DNA of 64,000 nucleotides, from positions 1,737,676 through 1,801,675 of the forward strand of contig BCGN01000004.1 in assembly GCA_001599295.1 (NCBI GenBank), given 5' to 3'. This DNA is from Sporopachydermia quercuum (Eukaryota). The notes beneath the pieces were generated by a model. The model worked only from the letters and a program-made list of their open reading frames with translations. It searched no databases and was not told the origin of the DNA. Position numbers and translations under genes: made by a program. Within the stretch, counting starts at the first letter, position 1; the number at the start of each line of letters is the position of its first letter. Shown in pieces: positions 53,421-64,000 of the stretch.

Positions 53421-55043
53421 TATTAGTAAAGCTGATTTATTTTGGTTTCTAGTGAGTTCGGAGTATACGTTTTAGAAGTATGAAAATGGGAAGAAATGAG
53501 GAACTATTGTAGATAGGACGGACAGTGAAGAGAGAGAGAAAGAAAATACATGTGATATCACGATATGGAGAGCTTATATAATCTGAAAAACATATCTAAT
53601 ATGCTATATTATATTATTGGATGAATGGTACATTAAGTGATGGCAATGTTTATGGAATTCAGAAGGTAAAAGATGGTGGTGATTTTACCCTAAATAGAAA
53701 AAGATATTTAGAGAGGAAACGAATAGACTATCAACAAGTACTTAGCTCCTGACATACCTATCTATAATAAAAACACTAACTCGACTTGGAATTGAAGATA
53801 ACTTAGTTGTTATTGTTGTTCTTAATATTACGACAATAGGAACAATTATTTAACTGTTATCGCTATCATTTCTCTAGCAGTAAAATAAAGAAAAAAAAGT
53901 GAATCCGAATGAAAAGTAATGTATGATATCAATTAACTAATTAACATAATATTCTTAAGTGCATTAATTGTTATTAATGTTATAAATTCAGTGAAGTTTA
54001 TTGTCAAATATATNTAGACTATACTTATGTCAGTAATAACAGCACGAAAACTGCCTTTTGTTTGGTACTTGTTTGTCGTCTACCAACATAACTACTGCTT
54101 TCTGTTTGTATTTTATGTGCAATTGTTACTTAGGTGCTGATTATGATGTCGTTGATATTGATGTTTAACAATTTGATTTACCAGTCTATTGTATGGACTA
54201 AAGGGAATTCTTTCACCGAAAGAATTCATTGATATTAATTGGCTGTCAGCAAGTTTCACCCATTTCACGTATCATATTAATAATTACTCTTTTNACAGCA
54301 TGCTGTAGATGTATTATCATATTGGAATAACCACTGATAAGCTGGTTGTCTATGAAAATAAAAATTCAATATCACATACTTATTGATATGAGAATCATCA
54401 ACAGAAAGTGAGATTTCTGTTCTGGCACAGACTCCGACATAATCGAGCTAAGATTTTTGTTTAATTCCAGAATATAAGGAATTATGAGCCATAAGCTTAT
54501 GGAATCNATGAATAGCAGCTGCTAAAATTAGTTCATGAGTCAACTAATAGAATGGTAAGTGAGATTTTGCAAAATGAACTAATTTATGCTGGCCTAATCT
54601 AATTATAACTTATGGTAACTATAATATGACAATAATGCAAAAGTTGATACCATTAAGTAGTATATATATGAAATATGAATAATAANAATTACTGAAAATG
54701 AAAAAATGGTAGATATAACTATAATTATGTTCAAACTGAACATTATTAGATCATATGTCTCGAATTCTCCTTTCGATGACGACGACAATTTCTTCCGCCT
54801 TTTTATTCCTTCTTGTCATTTCGGAAAATATTTCAAATTGCNCCACAATTATCTCACATATTGGAATAGAAACATGTATATGAAACTCAGTATTATAGCA
54901 TGTAAAGCCTTCCATTATAGTCAAAGAAACATATATATACAAGTTATGTATAACGGAAAAGGTATCAGAACGGAATGGCAAACGGAAGAAATAGGGAACT
55001 AGAAACTCTATAATGAAATCTAAGGTATTTTNTACCCTCATTT

Positions 55044-58000
55044 TCATTTCTTTCCTTTCTTTTTGTATACAACTTTGAATCCATTCCAGTCGTCGTCTTC
55101 TGCTTGTTTCTTACCGCTTTTGGCAATGATTTCCGACCACGAATCCTTATTTGTTGTACCTGCCTCTCCAGCATTTGCTCCACTTACTCCACTGTAACTA
55201 CTATTAAAAGCATTCACTCCACTATTTCTGTTCACCCCGCTATTGAACATTCCTTGTAAATCAAATTGGGGGCCAGCAAGCTTCCGACGTCGGATGAATT
55301 CGGATGCAAATCTTCTTCCGTCTAGAGTATTAGAGTTAGCGTAAATAGAATCAGCAATAATGTCAAATGTGTCCTGTGAGTTATCTGGTAACGATCCAAA
55401 AATGGCGATTAGTTCCGCTTTGTTAACTGAGGGTTTAAGTTCAGTAAAAGCGGTTTCAAGCCAGTATGTAAATTCCGAGGCAGCGATAGTGGCAGAAGAA
55501 GATTTAACAGCTGCTGAAGAAGCGGGGCTTGAAACGGCCCGGAGCAGTGCAGGATTTGAAACAGAGGTTGCCCCACTTTGTCGGATCGACGGCGGCTTTG
55601 GAGTCTGTTTAGTTGGTTTGTTATTTGATCCGACAGTGATCCAGTCGTCCGATTCCGAAACTGAAATATCATAGTTCGAACCAGTTGAGCCAGCCAGATC
55701 GGTTGAATCAGCGGATGACACGGATGAATTAACGGAAGCAGCTGCAGCAGCTTTCTTACGAGCAGCAGTGGCTTCCATTTCTTCCTTTCGGATCTCTGCA
55801 AATGGTTTTGTATCCTTATCCACGGAAGAAGCTGGCTTGGAAGCCCATGGAGCAATACTACTAATAGGAATCTCGGATGTATTTGGTTTAGATGGCGAGT
55901 TCAGTTTCGAAGCAGACTCGCCTGTGGTTCCCGATTGGGAAGGTGTTCCGAGATGCTCGGATTGGGAATATTCCGGATCAAGATATTCAGCTGGCAGCGG
56001 AACAAAGCTCTTCTTCTTATACTTCTTTTTCAATAAAAGGGCCGGAACAGGAGTTTGAGGTTTGGACTTTTGTTTAAAAGTCACAGAGTCCCAATCATCC
56101 GACTCTTTTCGGTTTGTTGGGTTATGTGAGGTGGTAGTACTTGTGGATTTATGATTGATCGGGGTACTGGCTCTTTCTTTAGCAACATTAGCCCAAGGAG
56201 CAACAGGCGTAGGTTCTTCAGAAGNAGAAGCATAGGCATCAATAATCTCGGTACCGGACGCCAAATTAGGCATTTTTTGCAAGGAATTAGAGATTCCAAC
56301 CGAATTTTCAGTATTTTCAGGTAGGGAATTTCCCTTAAGTTTTGAAGATTCAGAGAAATTAGGTAATTCTGTCTTAACTGCCTGTCGAACAGTCTTTTCC
56401 GTTTTGACGGTAGAAGATTTGGCCACAGTTTCCTGTTTGGTTGCCATTTTTTCTGAGCTTTTCTTTTTAGATAAAGTTTCCGATTTTTCTGCAATTGCAT
56501 TATTTCCTGTTTCTTCATCTACTTTTACTCCATTATTATCATTGTCCCCGGAATTCTTATCTTTATAAATCTCTTCCGGCTGTATTGCCATCTTTACTAT
56601 ATCTTCTGGAATAGTTTGAATAATAGACCCAAACCCATTGTCGGCACTGTTAATACTTCCACTTCTGTTTCCCACGTTTGGAATTAATTGTCCAGTAACA
56701 TTTCCGAAATCCGAACCGGGAACTGGTTGTTGTGTTCCGGTATTGCTCGCTCCAGCATTGAGTTCCGTATCCCAACCGAAACCAGGACCTGGGTTTCTGA
56801 TAATAGGTACGTCAAATTGGCCAAATCCGGAAGTANTAAACCCGCCGGTTACTCCCGGAGTCCCCCACTGTGAAAACATTGGTTGTCGGAGATCTTGAGT
56901 AGGTGTGGATGTACCGGAATTAGATTGTCCCACGATGGGAACATTCGCGGGGTAAAGTTGTGGGCCGAAACGTGGATTCACGTACCCGGCATGTGGTAAA
57001 GGAACCAAGAAGGGTTGATTAGGCTCTCTTAATAGTGACACAAGCTTATCTAATCGGATATAACCGGAATCATGACTCCTTCTTAATTGGAGGTCTGATG
57101 TAAAATAGGACATTGAGTACCATTCTTGCATAAGAGGACCTGCGAAGGGACCTTGTTCATTACCTTGAGGGTCTAGATAGAACCATTGTATGAANGCAGG
57201 GTTCATCGGGCCTGTATTCTGGGTTGAAAGCGGGGTAATTCCAGGTGGGAAGAAAGCGGGAGAAGGAGAAGATGGGTTTGTTTGAGATTCGGAGAAGTTT
57301 GTACTCCAAGGGGAAGGAGAAGAGGGATTTAATGAAGGGTTTAGTGGGGAGTTCAATGAGGTAGTTAAAGATGGGTTTCTCTCTAAAACAGGGTGCGCAC
57401 CTGGAATAGTGGAAACAGACGAGNCGGCAGCTAAAGGAGAAGAATCAAGGTTTAAGAAAGAACCGGAAGAGGACAAATCAAGCATAGAAGCAGAAGATTT
57501 CGGCTTCAGGTTCAAATCCAAATTATCAAAGTCATTTGACCCGGAAGACGATACCTCACCTACACCGCTGTTGCCACTAAATCGGCTGAATCGGCTTGTT
57601 TTCTTGACATAGGCAGGATTTGTACCGATATTCAACCCCAATTTAGACTCTAAACCATCTTTCTCAATAACGGAAAGCTTCTTCCGTAACTCTTCCTTCA
57701 TCTCTTCCGTTCCTTCGGAAAACAATGTCCCGCCATCTCTCATTTGATTATAAATATTAACCATTTCACCGATTGTGTACTTATTACTGGAAGGGTTTGT
57801 GAGACCAAACGAAGAATCAGCAGTGATATCGGCAGAAATTCCGGAAGTTATGTTGGATGTCTTCGGTTTGAATCGATCATCATTTCCAAAAGAACTGTTA
57901 TTACTATTGCTGCTATTCATTCTCCGGGATCGGGGATTGTTTCCCTGGTTGTTATGAGAATTATTCAGGCTTCTGCTAATAAACTTCGATCCCGACTCTC

Positions 58001-58526
58001 GGTTTCCACTTCCGCTTCCGTCCTTATCCTTATGAGTAATCCTAGTTGTACCCGAAGATGGTTTCGAAAACGCTACCTTACCAAAAGAGGAAGAGGTTCC
58101 GTTCTGCCTTCGGGATTGAAATCCCGAGGAACTATTAGAACTATTAATTCCTCTGGATAGTAAGTTACTAGCTGACATTCCGTTCCATGGACCTTTTGTT
58201 GCCGACGCAGAATTAGAAGCACCGAAACCAGAAGACTCGCTTGTATTCCTACCAAACGAACTAGAAGTTGGTGGTAATTGAGAAGGGTTATTCCCGTTTG
58301 CGCTTGATTGAGAAGAATCTGTGGTTTTTGGTCTCATCCTAGATTTGTAAATTGTTAGAACAAAGAATAATGATGTAGTTGTGATACAAATACTATCTGT
58401 TGTTCAGTATTTCATATGCGATGAATCACAAACAATACAGTACAAAGTACAAAGGTAAGGCTCAAAACACAAATTGAAGACTTACCATTCTGGACCAAAT
58501 GCTAAAGAAGATGACGAAGAAGACAT
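55044..58526 (-). CDS. SMY2: GYF-domain protein (Smy2/Syh1/GIGYF); exons 58526-58486, 58338-55044
   Basis: WFYLDPQGNEQGPF....MQEWY...YF GYF domain and IADSIYANS.TLDGRRFASEFIRRR. Splicing creates the N-terminal FGPEWMR motif. Confidence 0.9.
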
Positions 58527-60423
58527 TGTACAAAACGTAAACCAGACACAATTATATAATAAGAATAAGAATTTAATTTTTCGTGCTTTATAATGATTTC
58601 TAGGAGTTTTCGATTGTTTTTCTTCCTTTGTTTTGCCAGCAAATTATGTGACAATAAGTGAAATTGAATGAATGTTGAAGTAATGCAGACCAGAGTTGAC
58701 TTCCAAGGTAAAGAGAATTGGATTGNTTTTTATGACAATTAGTTAAAGTACAAATAACTGAAACTACTTTTATGAGATTTGTGATAATATCCTCTTGAAT
58801 AAAATGTATATTTTGGTTGAATTATATCAATTAAATGTTGCAATTTGGTTGCGGACTTCTTGATCGGTTATACAAATTGATTCTTGTGTGAATTTTCACC
58901 ACACCGTTTATTAGCTTGGTTTGTGCAAGGTACAGTAAAGTTACTTCTGTTTGGGTCACTTTTCTTTGGACGGAATTTTTTCCCGTTGGATTTTTGATTA
59001 TACAAATGAAAATTTTCTTTCTGTGACAAATTCACAGTACTATTTTGTACTGGTTTGTGGAGAAAGCCGGGTAAAGGAGGACAANAAATAATCGGGAGGT
59101 GGTTGGGAGGTAGCCTAAACGGTGGTTTGGTTAGAATTATTTGAGATGCTGTGGTAAAATTATTATTAAAAAGTAAAACTGGTGAGATCTCCTTCTTCAA
59201 TAGTTTACGGAAATTATCTGTCTTAACTAGCATAACTTACTGGAGTTTGATTATTTAATGATCTCTACTATCTGTCTTGTATGAGGATAGCAATCGTAGA
59301 AAGAGCCTCATCTTCTGTGTATGAATGATAAACACGGAACTCTTGGAACTCTCTGTTGAGTCAGGTACTCAGAGTAGAGACAGATTACATTCCGCAGGCT
59401 TTTGTTCATAAATTTATCCATTCAAGTTGGGTGTACTGGAGTTGTGCCTGTATGTTGNTAATTGTCTTTTGACTGTTTAAGCATTGATTAATTGTTCGTC
59501 TTATAAAAAGCATCGAGCATTAGATAACTGGGACGAAGAGTGAAATAAGGGCCAGAAGCTGTTTTAGATTCGACGGAAGAACTCAGTCAATAAGCAAAAC
59601 GGAATCAAACCTTCGCTTAGTATTTGAACGATAGCTTGTTTATGTTAGAACTCGAAAAACTTCAATAGTTATAGGTATCAAACATTTGGACTGAGTTGAA
59701 GATATACGCCATCAATGGTACTAATTGAGAGCTTCAATTGAAGCTCTAGTTTATCTCGGATTAGATATTAAACATGAATATTGACTATAATTTGTTTCAG
59801 TACAATGTAAACTGTACAACAAATGATATATATAAGCATGTCTGGTGCTATTCTCAAGCCACAGAGCTTTTTATTAACAAGTATTCAAGATTCTAAATGA
59901 GCTCGTAGTGAAAGCAGAATAAGCATAAGCAGTAATAATAACGATAAGAATAAACTTAATAACAATAAAATATTTGCTTAAACATTTTATTAACCTACTG
60001 AAAGAATTATTANCAATAGTGAATGAAAAACAATTGGTTTGTACGTAGATAAAGACGAAATACTGGTGTCGAACAATAGACGAGTGAATTACAAAATTTG
60101 TATCACAATACTTTTAAATGGTTCTATGGTCTACTTGTTGTTTCTAAAAATGGTAAAGCTCATCCAACTATCGATCAGAAGAAAAGTTTGAAGTTGGCAT
60201 TAACTCAGTACAATTATCTTTTGCATACTCGTGACATGCACCGTATTCAATCAGTTGAAGATGTTATCTAGATTTCATCAAAAGAACTTTGTCATCTAGC
60301 AGTGTTTGGAACAATAAAACCTTCAAACCGCGTTTCCTACGACAAGCAAATGTATCAAAAGACTTCACCGTTTTCAATTCTCATCTCCTATATCATCCTA
60401 TCATAAACTGACCAACAATACAT

Positions 60424-61087
60424 TTATATTCTATGCTTTCTTTCCATTTCAGAATGAAATCCCTGCGGTTCTCTGCCATTATCGAAATCTAAAACTTGTT
60501 AGCCATTCATTCATTCAAAAATCAAGAACCAATAGAGCAAAAACATACCTGTGTAAATGTCTTCCCACTCGATTTTGGTGTCAGTTCCCATTAAAACTCG
60601 TTTATGAACATTGCTTGGGCCACCAACGATTTCAGGAACAAATTCACTTTGTTTGACCACTTCTAATTCCATGACTCTTCTAATAGGTTCTGCAGGGCCA
60701 AAGATTTTACCGTATTGCATCATCTTTGACTCAAATTGAGTCTCATCCCATTTCTTCAGTCGCTCTTGTAGAGGATGTCTGTCATTTATTTGGGCCGCAA
60801 TAGAGACTGGGCCTGTGAACTCATTGTTACGTAGCGAATCGTGGATAGCTGGTGCACTCGGGGCACCTTCACCAAAGGAAGTAGACGTGACACTGCTTAG
60901 TTTGCCATCATCGGGTATGATTCTAAATGCTTCGCTCTGTTCATGAAGTTAGTATCTCCAGAAAAAAGTCATTTGAGCTGCTGCAGATACAATAATCACT
61001 GTACTACAAACCCCATATATTAATACTATATTGATCTGTAACAAAAGTATTCTACTGTTCGCCTCAATTCAATTGTACACTTACCAT
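60424..61087 (-). CDS. UMP1: Proteasome maturation factor; exons 61087-61085 (ATG only), 60936-60549, 60488-60424
   Basis: FRIIP, HDSLR, HPLQERLKKWDETQ, FG.AEPIRR.MEL, I.WEDIY, FHSEMERK. Two canonical introns. Confidence 0.93.
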
Positions 61088-61286
61088 TGTACACTGTGCC
61101 TTTCATGAGCAATACAATATCCGATACAATCAGTCAGATAAAGAGAAATAGGGAAATATTGTTGTATAATTCTTACTACTGAGAGTGGTAAGCTTTATAT
61201 CGATATTCGATTGGATTCAATGTAGTAATTTGCTCGAAATTATTGGATTAGAGATTATAAACAGGAACCAACATTCAATAGCTATT

Positions 61287-62114
61287 GCTGTGTGGCGTAG
61301 TAGAGTGTGTTGATCTTCATAGTCTTCTGAGTATCCCCCATCGGTGGACGGTTTGAATTCCGGGTATGTTATCTAAAGTAACCTAACAGAATGTAGTGCA
61401 TATTAATGCATAAAGTTCATGTCATTTCGCAATGATGAGAAGGTATAGCTACCTTTGAACATAAGATTATATTTAGAGAAATAAAATGGAGGTAGACCAG
61501 TGAGACTTATATAATGGTATTTGCATGTTTGAAAATTTTGCTGTATAGTTGGATATCTGATCAGTTTGCAGGGCCTCGCACGGTATTGAAGTTATCACAA
61601 AGAATCGCTTAAGATAGTTGGAAAATTATGAGTCTGAGTAGCGATTGGGCTGGTAGTCCCTTAAGGGAAAGAGAAAAGGATTGAATTTATAGATGCCAGA
61701 GTGGCAATCAATCTGGCATCTATAAATGTTCCACTAAATAATCTAGCGATTCTGTCAAACATCTTACAACTGATAAAAGGATTTAATTAACGTTTTCGTA
61801 TTTATTTAAGTTTAATGCATGATTCCCCATTATGAACCTTATTTTCATCAACTAAATTGATGGAAGTAAGGTTCATAGACAGTTAAAGCAGACTTAAACC
61901 ATTATTTTTATCTTCTTCAATTGAATTCTTGTGAGTAAGCCATAATTTGTACGAAAATTGTAAGGTAATATATGTATCTAACTAAGAAATATATACCTTA
62001 AGTCCATTTGATACAGGCTATATGATATTGTCAAATGCATCATACTTCAATGCATATGCATTAAGGAATCAGTTGAAACTCAATCAAAATTAACACATCT
62101 CATTTACCTACAGC
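61287..62114 (+). ncRNA. Large structured non-coding RNA candidate, possibly telomerase RNA
   Basis: Many nested helices, including 16-bp (61685-61727) and 21-bp (61831-61877) hairpins and end-to-end pairing. Wobbles read as G-U on +. No ORF. Identity is inferred. Confidence 0.5.
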
Positions 62115-62440
62115 TGGATGTAAATAACCTTCAAACTGATAACCGCCTATTTATCGAACTAATCCACAATTCAATCACTCCAAAAATCCAACCAAAACGC
62201 CTCCCAAATACCTCCCACGTTCCTCCCTTTGTCACATCACGTCTCTTCGTGTTTACATACATTTATTTCTATTCTATTCACTTATCATGATAACTATATC
62301 TATCATTATCAATTCTTCCTTTTTATTTTCTTATTTTTATTTTTTAATAATCTACTGAAAACACCACATATATGTATATCTACAACCAGATTGAATCTTT
62401 CCTACCATTTCTTAATTCCCAGAAATACAAAACATTTAGA

Positions 62441-63998
62441 ATGTCGAACCTTGTCGATTTCCCAAAGTACGGAGAAGTCAAAGGTGGAGTCAAAGGAGAA
62501 CCATCACCAGGGAAATCATCTTTATTAAACAAAACAAGTAAACCCTCAAGTAAACTATCAGATGCTCAATTGAGATATCTGCCATTTGGGAAAATAGTCC
62601 AGGCGCATAAAATGCCTGTAACCTGTGTGAAATTCTCCCCTGATGGTAAATTGATAGCAACGTGTTGTAAGTATAATTTTACTGGTAGTCACTGTGACCC
62701 ATGATTTTCTACATATTCCAATTATTTACTAACATTTTCCAGCTGCTGACAGATTAATAAAACTGTGGGATGGCAAAACGTTCCAGTTTCACTGCGAACT
62801 AGAAGGACATCAATCAGGCATCTCTGATTTATGCTGGTCCCCGGATTCAAAGTACATTGCATCAGCATCTGATGACACTACTATTCGAGTTTGGTCTGTC
62901 GAAAACTTTAGACAATTACGTGTTCTGAGAGGTCACACCTATCATGTTCTGTGTGTGGAATTCAATTATCGGGGTAACATTCTTGTTTCAGGTTCTGCTG
63001 ACGAATCTATTCGTATCTGGGATGTGTTCCGGGGTGAATGTCTCAAGACACTTTCTGCTCATTCTGATCCTATAAGTACTGTTGATATCTGCTGGGATGG
63101 CACTTTGATTGCATCAGGGTCTTATGATGGATTGATCCGTTTATTTGATACCGATACTGGCCAATGTTTGAAAACTCTGATATGCAATTCTCAAACCGTA
63201 CCCAATATTGGTTCAGTGCCAGTGTCTTATTTGAAATTTTCACCTAATGGCAAATACATCCTAGCATCTACACTTGATAGTTCTATCAAACTATGGGATT
63301 ATATGCAGAACAAGGTAATCAAAACCTATGAAGGATTAAATATAGTGACAGAGTTTCCTTTGAGCCCAGAAGAAAGGAAACGTGAAACAGAGCTGATGAA
63401 ACGCGAATCTGAAATGCTAGCAAGGGAATCAGAACAAGAATTACAACGGGTGAACAAAAGGAAAGAGCTTGAAGAGTCTTTGTTCCGAGCAGCACAACAT
63501 CAATTCAAGTATGTAAAAGAAGGTGCTGTTTCTACCAATTATGACTGGAATGCTCTCCCTGCTGACCCTACTAGTTTCGATAGTACAAACATCACTAATG
63601 AAATGTCAGAAGATAGTATAGGTAGTAGGAAGTATAAAAGAAAGAGGAAAGATGTGAAGAGGAGGGAATTCATGTCAGAAGAGGAAACTCAAGAAGACCA
63701 TGATCATCAAAAAGACGAGATTGGAAGTAAGGATTCAAAGTCTGATAAACTTCCGGCATTTCAACTAGGTAAGCTCTCGTGTGGAACCAAATTTCTAATA
63801 AAAGCAACTGAACCTGCCATTGTTTCTGGGTCAGAGATAGGCATTGTGTATATATGGAATGTTCAGACGAAGAAGCTGGTGTCGTTACTAAGAGGATTTG
63901 AAGGTCCTGTATATAACATAGATTCCAATAGTGATGAGAGCTTTCTAGTTGCATGTGGAGATGATGGAGATATCAGGATATGGAAGAAGGATTTATAG
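62441..63998 (+). CDS. SWD3: COMPASS WD40 subunit (WDR5-like); exons 62441-62666, 62743-63998
   Basis: VKFSPDG..IATCSAD..IKLW, GH..GISD..WSPDS..IASASDD.TIR.W, CLKTL.AHSDP, FSPNGKYILASTLDS.IKLW. Large charged insertion before the last blades. Confidence 0.92.
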
Positions 63999-64000
63999 AA

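Noticed and set aside
61700..61708. AGTGGCAAT as an Rpn4 (PACE) site for UMP1
   Set aside because: Imperfect match ~600 bp upstream that sits in the loop of the 16-bp hairpin; not supportable alone.
61287..62114. RNase P/MRP, SRP, U1/U2, snR30 or a group I intron as the identity of the structured region
   Set aside because: I found no CR-I/CR-V P4 pair, SRP helix-8 motif or U1/U2 5' sequence. AAACCAT at 61896 lacks the opposing snR30 m1 motif. Group I P/Q/R/S elements are unconvincing. An Rfam search is still needed.
1..64000. tRNA, rRNA, LTR/transposon or CRISPR features
   Set aside because: No cloverleaf A/B boxes, long direct repeats, transposase/RT ORFs or spacer arrays were recognised by eye.

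Overview
AT-rich nuclear DNA from an intron-containing budding yeast, most likely an early-diverging Saccharomycotina lineage. Donors are GTAAGT/GTATGT, branch points are degenerate NNCTAAC, and CTG reads as Leu in conserved motifs. The window holds 25 protein-coding genes; 14 of them have introns, which I reconstructed by hand and which the ORF track fragments. Two blocks keep gene order known from S. cerevisiae: APC4-TMA64-MRPL1-MRX14 and NPL4-SEC66-SMY2-UMP1-SWD3. The strongest unexplained signal is an ~830-nt, extensively nested, G-U-polarised (+ strand) RNA-like structure between UMP1 and SWD3. It has a candidate template (CUAAAGUAACCUAA), a boundary helix and a splice-donor/branch-point/AG-free 3' signal, which together suggest a telomerase RNA. 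Second is a patchy domain (~38.8-59.6 kb) strongly enriched in TCCG/CGGA in coding and non-coding DNA, overlapping a rise in ambiguous bases. A small three-exon gene missed by the ORF track and a splice-dependent PTS1-like C-terminus were also found. No tRNA, rRNA, CRISPR array or transposon was recognised.
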